Origin: Hamiltosporidium tvaerminnensis FI-OER-3-3
Taxonomy: Eukaryota > Fungi > Microsporidia
Length of the DNA: 64,000 bases
Reading direction: 5' to 3'
NCBI GenBank assembly: GCA_022605425.2
Contig: JAKIMF020000004.1
Location: 248,001 to 312,000 of the forward strand
The notes under the pieces are model-generated. The model was not told the DNA's origin. It searched no databases and saw only the letters and a program-made list of their open reading frames with translations. Shown here one piece after another: positions 10,363 through 22,350 of the stretch. Both the position numbers and the translations under genes were made by a program. Position 1 is the first letter of the stretch. Every line of letters starts with the position of its first letter.

Positions 10363-13300
10363 CTACCTCTTAACAACACCCACCTCACAACACTCACACA
10401 CCCCTTCATTATAACTATAAACACCACAAAACCTACAACACACCCCTTCTTCCTTATAACAACACAAATCATAACAAAACACTCCTTTTCCTATAAAATA
10501 TTTATCACCACTCTTCTCAGACATTAACACCCTCTTAACACTCTTCTCCAACCTACTCATATTAGCACCCTGTTGTTTATTCAGAATGGTGTTAACAGGG
10601 TGTTGTTCATTAGTATGATTATTAACACCCTGTTGTTTATTAATACTGTTATTAACACCCTCTAATTTACTAGTATCATTATTAACACCCCCTACTCTAT
10701 CCTTATCACTAACACCCTCACCATCTATTATACCCTTTAACTCCCTTGCCACTTCCTTTGCCATCGTAAAATTTTCATTCTTAAAACAAACCATCATATA
10801 ATTACTTAAAGCTAACACCTTATGTACTTCTAATAAATCTAACCTACTAAAATAACAAGACATTTCCATACACCTTTCCACCTCCAAACATTTTTTCTTC
10901 TTCTTCTCCACACCCAACCCAGAAATATAAGCACCAAGTCTAAGCCGTAAGAGGGGGGTATTACAATTATTATTTATATTTGTGATATCATTTTCAATAT
11001 AAACATCATTAGAATCCTTAATATCGTTACCACCTTTAATATCTTTATTATACTTATTACTATCATATATGTTATCTTCACTCACCATTCTATGTGCTAG
11101 GTTATGTACCATTACTCTTAACCCTTGTAGTGCTACATTAAACTTACCTTCTGTTGTATTATTCATTGCTATTTCCCATTCCTCTTTAAAATTTATATTT
11201 TTTAATAAACTCTTATCAATTCTATCAACACAGATACAATCAGAATTAATATTTACATTACCAGTATCTTTTGTATTATCTATTGTATTATCTACTATAT
11301 TAGTATCTTCTGTTTTATCTATACTATTATCTTCTATACTAGTATCTACTATACTATTATCTGTATTGGTATCTTCTATACTGTTATCTCCTACATTAGT
11401 ATCTTCTGTTTTATCTATACTATTATCTACTATATTATTATCTACTATATTATTCTCCCTTATACTACTACCTTCCACAATATTACTACCCTCCCCTATA
11501 TCCTCCCCCTCACTATTCTCACTACCTATATACCTCTCTATCTCCCTTTTATTTCCTAGAAATACTAATATCTCTAAATTTTTATTTTTAATTTTATTAA
11601 TTAAATTAATTTTTTTATTACAAATATATAACATAAATAATCCATGAGTATCATTTAAAAGTAAAAGGCATTTTTCACAGACAGTAAAATTACACCTTTT
11701 AAAAGCTTCTTTTAAGACACGTCTTAACAAGGTAATATAAGTAGTACTGTTATTAAGAGGGTGATAATTAGTAGGTGTATGGTTAATGGGGTGTTGTTTA
11801 TTTGTACTGTTATTAACACCCTGTTGTTTATTTGTACTGTTATTATCACCCTGTTGTTTATCAGTACTGTTATTAATACCCTGTTGTTTATTATATAGAT
11901 TATTATCACCCTCTTGTTTATCCTTACCACCCATCTCTCTAATAATATCTAAACACTCCTCTAATCTCCCAACAGACAACAATATCTCAATCTTTTGTTC
12001 TAAATTACTAACACTATCTAATACTAACACACCTTTATTATTTTTAATTAAAAAAGATAAAAATGAAAGTCCTAATAATTTACCATTACGTATTATTTCT
12101 AAAATTTTTTTATCTTCATTTTTATTTACTGATAGTTTAAATTCAAACTCTGTAAAATCTATTTTAGTATTTTCAATAATAAATTCATTATTATTAGTAT
12201 TGTTATTGGTATTAGATTTACTACTACTATATCCACTACTAATATATCCATTACTACTACTACTTCTACTGGTTAAGTAGAATACAAAATCATTACACAT
12301 ATAAAACACATAAATCTGTTTATCTAAACTTTTAAGAATTCCTGTGTCTGAAGAGTTTAAAAGATATTTTAAATGTCTTTTGGTGCTGTAAATAAAACCT
12401 TCTTTATAAAAAAAGCCATAATTAATACCAACAGGTTCAACTGTAGTAGAAATAATAGATATTGATATTGTTACAGGTGATATTGGTGTGGATAGATTTT
12501 CTTCTTTAAGTTTAAGTATTGATACTTCTTTATTTCCAAGTACTGCTACTCTGTCTTGTTTACATATACAGTATATTGGTTTAAAATTTAAAGAAATATT
12601 TTTTTCAATAAAACAGACATCTGTGTGTCTATTATGTGTATTGTATTTACTGGATTTATTGTATTTAGTATTTGATTTACTATCTGATATATCTAAGATA
12701 TTATTAGAAATATTCTGAGAATCACCGTTAGAGTCACTTAGAATCATAAAAGATACGCTTTTGTTTTTTAAAATTATAAAAATATTTTCGTCTTTAAAAA
12801 TAATTTCTTCTTCAGTGAAAAGAATTGAATCTTTAATAATTGAACCTTCATTACTTATAAGTGATACTTTGGTGTTGTAATGTGTAAGAATTCCATGTTT
12901 TGATAAAAAGGCTTTTCCGTTTCCAGAAAATATTAATTTATTATTTTTAAGAACATCAAAAGTATTATTGTATTGTATAATGAGTCTTATATCAGATATA
13001 TTATCAGATATTGTGTCTGTGATATTATCAGTTGTATTATTAGTTGTATTATTAGATATATTATTAGATATTGTATTAGATATATTATCAGTAGAAGCTA
13101 TATAATTATCAGTATTAGTTATATTATTATTAAAAGTACCAATCTCATTATTATCTCTACTTCCTAGGCTGTGTATGCTTGTTACTTCTTTTTTGGTTGT
13201 AAAAATATTTCTTTCGGTTTTAAGATTATTAAATTTTAAGGAATTTCCTGAGAAATAAAAAATACCTGAAAATGTGGGTGTGTAGAGGGTGGAGAAGAGA

Positions 13301-14232
13301 GGTGTCTGTCTGTCAACAGAAAATACTTTGAAACCGGTGTCGTGTCCGACACAGAAAAGTGTGTTGTCTCTGTTTGTAGTGATGCACCAGAATCGGTCTT
13401 CAATTACAATTTTTTTGCTTTTTTTGTTTTTAAGATCGTAGATACAAAGAATACCGTCTTCTCCGTTGGAGATGAGAAGGTTTTTGACGAAGAGAACAGA
13501 AGATACGTTGCCTTGGTGGTGATGGAATACGTCTCTTTCTTTTACTATTTCGCCTACTAATTCCCATATCTTGATTTGTCGGTCATCGCTGGATGTGGCA
13601 AACATGGTGGTGTTTGGGTTTACAGAAATCCAATTTATTCCTTTTTCGTGACCGTCTAGTATTTGTCTAACAATGACTTCTGGGACTTTTAAAATGTCGA
13701 TAGATTTTTTATTTTTTGGGGTTTTTAAACTTTTACAGTCCCATAATCTCAATGATTGGTCTAAAGATGCTGAAATGATGTAATCTTGTGTTAAAAACTT
13801 GGCGGACATTACATAATGAGAATGACCTGTTAGTGTGGCTAAGAGTTTGTAAGATTGGAAATTCCATATTTTAATGGTTTGATCGTCGGAAGAACTTAAA
13901 ATCCAAGGTAAATTGGGATGAAAATCCAAACTTCTGATATAGTCAGTGTGTCCTTTAAGTTTAGTAATAATTTTTCTTTCGTTATAACTCCATATACGTA
14001 TTATACAGTCGTCACCACCACTCACAAATATATTTATAAATGGATGAAATATTATTGTACGGACTGGGCCTTCATGGTCATTAAATTCGTGTATAAGTGA
14101 TGAAGTTTGGTAATCGTAGGCTTTTATTGTACCAGTATGGTGTGCAGTAAGAAGAATGGGTTTTGTGTGGTGGAATGCTACTGATTTAACTCGTTGTGTC
14201 TTTTTTTCCATTTGAGTGTAAAGGTTTGGCAT
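10363..14232 (-). CDS. COP1: Coatomer (COPI) subunit alpha, with low-complexity insertions
   Basis: N-terminal WD40s (RVKSVAFH, HEGPVR, GHTDYIRSLDFHPNLPWILSSSDDQTIKIWN, GHSHYVMSA) and a C-terminal Cys-rich end typical of alpha-COP. Confidence 0.95.
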   Translation of the reverse strand: MPNLYTQMEKKTQRVKSVAFHHTKPILLTAHHTGTIKAYDYQTSSLIHEFNDHEGPVRTIIFHPFINIFVSGGDDCIIRIWSYNERKIITKLKGHTDYIRSLDFHPNLPWILSSSDDQTIKIWNFQSYKLLATLTGHSHYVMSAKFLTQDYIISASLDQSLRLWDCKSLKTPKNKKSIDILKVPEVIVRQILDGHEKGINWISVNPNTTMFATSSDDRQIKIWELVGEIVKERDVFHHHQGNVSSVLFVKNLLISNGEDGILCIYDLKNKKSKKIVIEDRFWCITTNRDNTLFCVGHDTGFKVFSVDRQTPLFSTLYTPTFSGIFYFSGNSLKFNNLKTERNIFTTKKEVTSIHSLGSRDNNEIGTFNNNITNTDNYIASTDNISNTISNNISNNTTNNTTDNITDTISDNISDIRLIIQYNNTFDVLKNNKLIFSGNGKAFLSKHGILTHYNTKVSLISNEGSIIKDSILFTEEEIIFKDENIFIILKNKSVSFMILSDSNGDSQNISNNILDISDSKSNTKYNKSSKYNTHNRHTDVCFIEKNISLNFKPIYCICKQDRVAVLGNKEVSILKLKEENLSTPISPVTISISIISTTVEPVGINYGFFYKEGFIYSTKRHLKYLLNSSDTGILKSLDKQIYVFYMCNDFVFYLTSRSSSSNGYISSGYSSSKSNTNNNTNNNEFIIENTKIDFTEFEFKLSVNKNEDKKILEIIRNGKLLGLSFLSFLIKNNKGVLVLDSVSNLEQKIEILLSVGRLEECLDIIREMGGKDKQEGDNNLYNKQQGINNSTDKQQGDNNSTNKQQGVNNSTNKQHPINHTPTNYHPLNNSTTYITLLRRVLKEAFKRCNFTVCEKCLLLLNDTHGLFMLYICNKKINLINKIKNKNLEILVFLGNKREIERYIGSENSEGEDIGEGSNIVEGSSIRENNIVDNNIVDNSIDKTEDTNVGDNSIEDTNTDNSIVDTSIEDNSIDKTEDTNIVDNTIDNTKDTGNVNINSDCICVDRIDKSLLKNINFKEEWEIAMNNTTEGKFNVALQGLRVMVHNLAHRMVSEDNIYDSNKYNKDIKGGNDIKDSNDVYIENDITNINNNCNTPLLRLRLGAYISGLGVEKKKKKCLEVERCMEMSCYFSRLDLLEVHKVLALSNYMMVCFKNENFTMAKEVARELKGIIDGEGVSDKDRVGGVNNDTSKLEGVNNSINKQQGVNNHTNEQHPVNTILNKQQGANMSRLEKSVKRVLMSEKSGDKYFIGKGVFCYDLCCYKEEGVCCRFCGVYSYNEGVCECCEVGVVKR

Positions 14233-14682
14233 TTTTTTTATTTTGTGGGGTTTTTTTGTTTTTTTTTAATAAAAAAATATGGTAATACAAATATTGGTGA
14301 GAAAAGGGTTTTATGTAATTAAATTTTTGATTTAAAAATATTTTTGCGTTTTTATGAGTGTTGGGGCAAAGGTTTTTTTATTTTTTAAACCCCTTACTCT
14401 TCATTACTAAACATCTTGATTAGTTGGTGTAGAGCCTCTATAAAATATAGAAGTAAATTATTTTTTAAATTTAGGAAAAACCCCTTCTTCCCTAATTGCA
14501 TAGGTTTAGAAAGGTATTTTCTCCCGTAATTCGGATAATTGTATAAAATGAATTGATGCATTTATCAAATATATTATACATTTGCTTCTAACTCAGGTAA
14601 ATTTAAAATATCAAAAGAAATTGTTTCCACTGTCTTCTTAATCACTATCGACTGAATACATTTTTTATATCACTAAGTAAAT

Positions 14683-15393
14683 TTTATTTAAAAGTATCAC
14701 ATCTTTTTAAAATAGTGGAAAGTATTATATTTGTTTTCATGACATTAACGCTGTTCTAGGTTTAAAATAAATAACTGCTACCCAACACTCCATCGGTAAC
14801 CCCTGCGATACCTAGTCCCAAAGCTTTCATCTACCAGGTGTTTAAAACCTAATAAATAGGCAAGGCGGTTGCCTAGAGTTCGTTAATGTCCGTTGCATAA
14901 AGTGTGATCGAAGCCCTCCGGGCTCGCTTAAGACTATGCAGCATTCCCACTTACTCTACACTTTCTGTACCCAATAAACTTCTAGCTAAAATATGTTTAA
15001 GAGACTTGCATGGGGTCCACCTAGACAATGCAATGTCATACAAACAGCTATCATCTGCATATTAGCTCTCCCAGCTTTTAATGGTTTTTGTTTAAATCTC
15101 CCAGGCGCTAAATATTTTAGCCCGAATGAGCAAGGCTAGGTTTCCATGCTTTTACATGGCAATTACCTACATGTTCGGCTGCAGTCTTTAATCTAGCACA
15201 TAAAAAATTACAAATAAATTTGTAGAAAAAGTTTCGATATTTCTTAGACCTCTCCGCCTCATAACTACTCCAATGGAACAACCGAATATTTAATGGGTTT
15301 TGGCCCACAAAATATGGAAACAATGATTCCCACACCAGGTTCCCATACTCATTGCCAAGCAGAAAGTTTTTTAGTGGTTATACTCCCTCCACT
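14683..15393 (-). mobile_element. ~710-bp dispersed repeat, copy B, with candidate 9-bp TSD
   Basis: Homologous to copies A and C. Flanked by TAAGTAAAT at 14674-14682 and 15394-15402. Confidence 0.88.
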
Positions 15394-16446
15394 TAAGTAA
15401 ATATATATTTAAGGATATTTAATCTGGTATTTTGTCATAATTTCGTTCCAATTTATCTCATTAGAGAGTATATCGTTTTTTAACTTTACATAAGACCCTG
15501 GATTTGATATTTCCGCCAATTCAAATTTAAATATTCTTTATAATCAGACTTACAAAATGTACAATAATTTTTTTCATGCTATTTCTATCTTATTCACATT
15601 ATAATATTTTTAAGAAGATCTATTTGTTTAAATAATATATGCAAGAAAATAAACAAATAAAAAGAAAGTGTTAAGTGTATTAAATATAAAATTATTTTGT
15701 GTTTAAGTTTTATACAAAATAATGTAAAAGTTATTGTTTGGTTGTAGATAATATTTTTCTCAAACCAAACTATTACTTCAGCTTATAAAAAGAATTTTGG
15801 GTAAAATATTCGAATATTTTTCCGAAGAAATATTTATTGTGGTTTATAATAAAGCCATTTTTGTTAATTTTTTTCGTAAGCCATACGTTCCTTATTAATT
15901 TCATATTGAACTTTAAAATGATTCTAAACTATCAAGAAAAAACCGAGAACGGAATAATATAAAATGTTAAATATTAAATAAAAATGTATTTTTATAAATT
16001 TCTTTCATTTGAAGTTTTTACTTTTTATAATATTACTTTTTATAGAAAAGCTTGTGCAAAATGCTCCACGACCACTCTTTACGCTATTCTAAAATGCTTA
16101 TGTCAAAATACATAAAGGTTTAACATTAATACCATATATTAATATATATTTCTGGTTTCTTCACTTACTCTTTTGTTACATTACACAAATTTTAGTAAAG
16201 TAACTAATAAAAAAAGCTGTTTATTTAAATATTTTCTAATTTTTTTATTATTTTTTAAAATTTTTTTGGTGGCTTATATGTTTACATTTTTTAGTTTTCA
16301 TTTTCTATTATAGTATAGATGAAGTGTTTTATAGAAGGAAAGTACAAAAAACCATAGAGAAGATATAAAGCAAATAAATTTAAAGAAAAATAAATTAAAA
16401 TTTAATAAGCTTAATTATTTTCTTTGGTAATAATTTTCTTAGGGTG

Positions 16447-16645
16447 AAGGGAGAATACATCATTAAAAACTACTGTTTGACAAAGAGTGCGGAGAATAAG
16501 GGTGGGATTTCTAGCTGCGATTTTGATGAAATGTAAACCAGATAATACCTATAGTCAAATCCCCTTTAATCTCAAATTACAACAGATTAAAAGAAACAGG
16601 TGGAAAACTTTCATTTGTGCTTCTCGACATCGAAAGGTAAATGAC
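16447..16645 (+). repeat. Diverged partial repeat sharing the head of the 710-bp element (second body type)
   Basis: gggagaatacatcattaaaaacta head, and ctcgacatcgaaaggta matching ctcgacactgaaaggta at ~49286. Confidence 0.5.
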
Positions 16646-17049
16646 TAATGAAATAATTAAGCAAGTATTAACGTTCTTAACATTTTTTGTTATTTATTAA
16701 TCCATTTTTCAAGTTTATATTGTTGTTATTTTATTAGATTTCTTATATTCTCATCCAAAAGTGTCGTTTCTCGCCAAAAAAAAGATAACTATACATATTT
16801 TTCATGTCTTATAGAATTTAGGAGCAGAAAAAATCTGCTAGGGTTTACATTTGCCTAAAGATAAAATTTAGTAGAGGCAATAATGACGAGGCGATATTTG
16901 TATTCGAAAGCTTGTTAGAGAATATTTAGGATTATTGGTGGTATGGTAAGAATATCATATGCCACAAACAATGATTAAATAAAATTTATTTATATCAAAG
17001 AAGGTTGATTTTTCCTTTCCTTGTCATTCTGAAGCTTTTCTGTTGTTTT

Positions 17050-20000
17050 AGCATTTTCTTAAGATTCGATTTTTTGAGTAGAGGCTTAAAATTAGTAATT
17101 TTACCCAAAAATCGAACCCGTTTAAGCTTGTCTTTCGTTGTTATACATCTTTTTATATTTATTAAAGCACATCATATCCGATGTTTATTGCGCTTTTGGT
17201 ATAATATTAAAAAATCTGTGAGTTCTTCATTGTCTTAGAAGCGTTTTATATGAACTATATTGTTTTTGAGTGACTTTTAGCGTTATTTAATCCTCATTTT
17301 AAGTGTATTAATAGCTTTGAAAGCCAAGGTTTGTTTTATTCACTGATTGTTATAGTCAGTTATTTTATAATCATTGGGCTATTAATTATATAAAACTTTT
17401 CTATTATTAAGCTAAAAGGTCATAATACATAAGTTTTATCGCTTTAAGTTTCGAAACATTTGTCATATGTAATTTTTAATTTATTTGAAGTATCTTATTT
17501 AGTTATTGTTCAAAATATAAAGTCCATCTACATAAATTTCGAACTCAGTTTGTGTCTATATGTTAAATCTTATTTCGCATACTTGTTGTTAAAATTTCTT
17601 TTACTAAAAGCTCAGTTGAGTTTTGTATATTTTAATTTATAATTATTTGCAGATAACAAGTGTATGTATCCACCTGCCTCCTAGTGCCGTTTAGTGTAAT
17701 CATGTCTAACGTCTTTCACATCGTGTTGCTCAAAGCTTATGGTTTTTCTCCGACTACTTGTGGTGTTGAAACATATATTCTTCACCTAGAATAAATTTAT
17801 AACCTTATATGGCTGTGAAATTTCTTCATTGCCTTACCTGATACACCCTTTGAATTGCCCTTTCGAATAGTCAATATACTAAAAGTTTGTTTTTTCTTGC
17901 ATTATATAACTTTGAATGAAGTTATAGTTTTTCTTCATCATCATACTTGTTAAATAGGAATGACTTTCTCGGCTCTTTTTATTGAATATTGTCATCTAAT
18001 ATATTTTATTTTGGTGAGCTTTTTATTGAAGCAATATGTGTTTATTTGCAGTTTATACTTTAAGAATTGATGGTCTTTCAGTGGAAAAATCTTTACTTTT
18101 TTGCGATTATTCATGATTTTCAAACGTATATGTCCGCCTCGAAACTAAAGACAATAAAGACTTTACAGAAATTTTGTTTTAGTAGGGTACTTATGCTTTT
18201 AATATTTGTATTTAATAGACTTAATCATCTACTAAAACTGCGCGCAATGTATCATCTAAGTTTGTATGGTCTTCCAACTTGAACCGTACCTATATTATAA
18301 CTAATAAACGATATCGCACGTTTATTAATTGCAGAAAATAAGTTTTTGTTTTAATCTAACCCGGAGAGTCTCTAACTTTAACGATTTTTTGTAGTTCCTC
18401 AAATTACATAAGTCTTTAAATTTTTCTGATATCTTCTATTATTCTAAAATCTGTAAAATTTATTCCTAGAGGAAGAATAGCAATATCTTCACAGCACGTA
18501 TCATTCGGAATCAATATTTTTTCGTTAATTTTTATTCATATGTTGTCGGTAAACCTAATCATTTCCTCATTCATCTTTTTTAACAATCATTCATCCTTGA
18601 GAAAGAGCTTGAGATTATCAATAAACAAAATATGATAATTTATTTTGATTCTGTATGTGTTTGTATTAATAGTTTTGCTATTTCTCATCGATATTCGGCT
18701 TAATGGGCTAGATTTCAACAATAACAATGGTGGCAGGCTATTTCTTTGAAATATCTTGTTATGGATTTACTTTTACTTTCTTTTTAAGCAAACAAAATGA
18801 CAATTTTGCACCTTGGCATTGCTAGCGTGGCAAATTGCAAAAGCTAATTATATTAAATTGAGATTTATGATGCATAAAGTAAAATAAGTATGATTTATTT
18901 GATCAAAAGCTTTTAATCACTAATACTCTTACCTCAAATTGTTATTACATTTATTAAGGGCAACATTCGATAGACTCTGCTTTTTTGTTTAATGCAACCA
19001 GATACTGCTCGTAATAGTTATATACAAGTTAAAATGAAAGTCTCCGCTGCAAATGTAATGAATTTTTGATGGTTTATGGCACACAGGCTATTAGTCTTTA
19101 GCCAGATCATTTTTGAAAAGTTTTTTTTCGAATTAAAGCTGTAGCGAAAGCAAAACTATTCACCTTAGTATTCTTTTAGATATATACATCTTACCAATAT
19201 CATAAAGATATTTATGAAGAGTCTTTATTTATTGAACAAAAAAAATATTAATGAGGTGAATACCAGCGAGTTTTCGATTGCAACTTCACTTGATAGTACC
19301 GAAATATTTATCAGCGAAAAAAACATGGTTTTACAAGACTTCTGAATTGATAATTTCAAATATGTATCATAAAGGTTTTTTTATCATTCGTATTTTACAT
19401 TTTTGAAACAAAAATTAATATTTCATTAGTTTAGCAACATTTTAGAATTCTAATCAATGAATCGCTCACAATAAAATCGACCACCTAAGGTCCAAAACAG
19501 AATGTTATCTTTCAAACTTGCTCATTTTTTTATAGTTTAGGTGTTTTTAAATATAAATTCAAAAACCCTTGCTCCTTACTCGGCCCAAGAAAGATCACTT
19601 TTACGCATAAGCTTAAATTTGACTCTTATATGCTTCATTGGGGTTTAGATTATTATAAAGACTGATTTTCTAAAAATAAGTCTTCTCGGTGTGATATTTA
19701 GAACGCAATACCTAGAGATTTTACTCTCTATCTTCTTTTTCAAGATGATCTAAGTTCTTTAAGTATCTTCGTCATAGCATACCTGCGCATCATGTATGAT
19801 ACGCTTTTCGTCTGACATTGACTCATATACATGAAACTTAGTATATTCTCTTATAATTCTATTAAGGAGGCTCGGTAAATTACAGTAAACAAATTTACTT
19901 GGGCTTTATCCAAATCAAACCACTTTTTTATTTATTTTTTTGAAATACTTGATTTTACTCAAAAACTCATTTGTTCAGGTCAAAAGCTCTGTACTATTGA

Positions 20001-20350
20001 ACAGAGAGCTTTGATCAGTAAGAATAAAAGGCAATCTTACGTCTCTCTAGCTCTTTCCGGTTTTAGTTCTTTTTCTACCACATTTTTGGTCCATCGTATT
20101 AACACATCAAAAATTAAAGTGCACTCGAATTTTTAATTGTAGTACTCGTGAAACTTCGTCTAGTTATTTGAAGCATTCTTTTAACCTTTGCCTGTATTTC
20201 AGAAAGCAATTTTAAAAAGCTATTATTGTGATGCTGGTACTAGAGATCAAATATTGTCCGCATGTTTTTTTTTATTTACCTTTTGATAAGGCTAAAGCAG
20301 TAGTTATTTCTTTGTACGTTTGCTCACACGCAGAGACGCTACTAAAAAAA
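17050..20350 (-). mobile_element. Near full-length decayed RLE non-LTR retrotransposon (RT + zinc knuckle + RLE)
   Basis: Minus strand gives KAFDQINHTY (~18890-18915), IFQRNSLPPLL (GIFQGDSLSP-like, ~18720-18755), HILFIDNLKLF (~18600-18635) and ATRCE..HDYTKRH (~17685-17730). Heavily frameshifted. Confidence 0.8.
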
Positions 20351-20727
20351 GCCGAAAATATATTGGGGGTATTTAAGATGTTTGATTCTTAATTTCTTGT
20401 ATTATTTGCTATTAAAATTCTGGCTTGTTAGTGTATTTGTTGTTTGTTGCGGTACGGATAAGGTCTGGAATCGAACTAAAAATGTTGCGGAATGTTCTGC
20501 ATTAAATTTTATTTATTATTCACTGTATCAACTTCTTTTTCAGTTCAATTTTGCATTTTATCGCACACTTTTTATACTGCTTCTTCTATTTAGAACAAAT
20601 TAATATTAAAATATAAAAAATAGACCGTTTGTTTAGTAGTAAATTGGCTCCAAGTATATCTATATCAACACATTGTTACAATGTTTTGTAAGAAGATTAT
20701 TATGTATCATATAAAAAATGTATAGCA

Positions 20728-20896
20728 TTTATTTATTCATCTTCAGCACTACAGCTCTGCACGAGCCTTAGCCTCTTTCAGTAAACCCGCCTACAGTCTT
20801 TTTTCAGTGGGCTCTTTTAATTTTTCGGGTTTCGTAACAAGGTGGTTTTAAAGGGTGGGTTGTTAGCTCTACGCCCAACCCCAAGCTGGAGGACCA
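20728..20896 (-). mobile_element. Short internally deleted RTE-clade-derived retroposon
   Basis: Minus strand: tggtcctccagcttggggttgggcgtagagctaacaaccc...ttgttacgaaacc (RTE 5'UTR-like) joined to gaggctaaggctcgtgcagagctgtagtgctgaagatgaataaat (RTE 3'-end-like). Recognised from memory of arthropod RTEs. Confidence 0.6.
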
Positions 20897-20979
20897 TATA
20901 GCATTCATTACCTTTTTTAAAAGTTACAGTATATCAGGTTAGCAATCTCAAACAGATATAGGTAAATTAATGCGGTTTT

Positions 20980-22350
20980 GTGTTAGGGGATTTAAATATT
21001 TAATGACCGGAAAACATATTCATTGGAATGAAGAACTAGAATTTGTTTTAATTCGACTATACCCGGCATAAATGAGAAAACATATTAAACCTCCAGAAAT
21101 AGGAGAACTAAAAGACCTTTATAAGTGGTAAACTTGAAGCTCACTTTACAATATTCCACAAACAATTTTACGAAAAATCACAGCTATTTTATCTAAATAG
21201 GAGATATATTAGTATGCAAAATATTAAGTGAATAGTAAATTAGTAAATATGATAATATTATGCCACCCAAGACCATATTCAAGGCTAAGATTCATTTAAA
21301 TATCAGCAGAAAATATATGAATTTTATCCCATCTCGATAGAACTATATAGTTTACACGTAAGAAAATAAACTTTATGCTGTATACAGATGAAGCTCGCAA
21401 GATCTTAGATCTATAAAAAGATTCGGGCTTTGTTGAATTATAACAGAAGAGAGGTACTGTGAACCCATTCAGATTAAACTCAGTAACGCCAAATATATGA
21501 AGAATCGAATAATATATATAGATAGATTTTGTTTTATTAATATACTAAAAACATATTTTGCAGTACCAAAGCAACAAATACTGTAAGAAAAGTTGCGGAT
21601 TCGCTTCAAAATTGCTTTACAAAAAAATTTGCCCGAAATACTTTGTTTTTCAAAAGGTAATATGTTTTCAAATACATATATGGATAAACTTGCCTAAAAT
21701 TTTATATTGGAAAGAGTGTTTTTTAGGGGTGGACATCTGCACATCGAGTGTAAACTGAGTGAGTCATTAAACTAACCATAAGCTTTTGCGAAGAAGGCAA
21801 CAAAGTTTCTCGGCAAAAGAATAAGTATCTATATCCAATGAGCTGATTGAAAATAAAACATTATTACAAATACAATGATCGACAGTTTATTGATAGAGTT
21901 TTAAGATCTAGAGATAGCTTTGAGACATGATTGTATCAGAAAAAAATATAACTAAAATCGAAGCCAATCCAAATAATTCTTTTGGTTAATTATTTATAAT
22001 GTAAACAGTTATTTAAGATACACCATCTTCTTTGCCATTAATTAGCAATGAATCTTTATTCATAGACTCGTAATTGAACAACACAGTAATAGTTGAAAAC
22101 TTAGTGTAAATAAAACGAAAAGATGGGCTCAATACAGAAGATGATGCACACATAACTAAATATCTTCCTAAAATGAAAAGAACGCCATAATTATTATAAG
22201 AGAACCGAGTTTTTTTTGTTTAGCGAGTAACCTTTAAAAATAGCTCTAAAACAAAAGAAGCGTAGTAATTTCATAGCAAGAACATTTTTAAGCTGATATT
22301 TAGACTAATGTAGAGCCTATTGGATATCATTCGTTTCAATTTAAACTAAG
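20980..22350 (+). pseudogene. Probable highly decayed non-LTR reverse transcriptase remnant
   Basis: Fragments resembling IFQG (~21275), NFMLYTD (~21368) and a FGL segment appear in the expected RT order. Very degenerate. Confidence 0.4.

Noticed and set aside
11069-14100. Plus-strand ORFs opposite COP1 (and similar ones opposite tricalbin, CDC48, 4306-5733 and 62099-63067)
   Set aside because: Antisense or alternate-frame shadows of real genes and their low-complexity inserts.
15117-15335. 72-aa ORF in repeat copy B
   Set aside because: Starts at a non-ATG codon and is not kept open in copies A and C.
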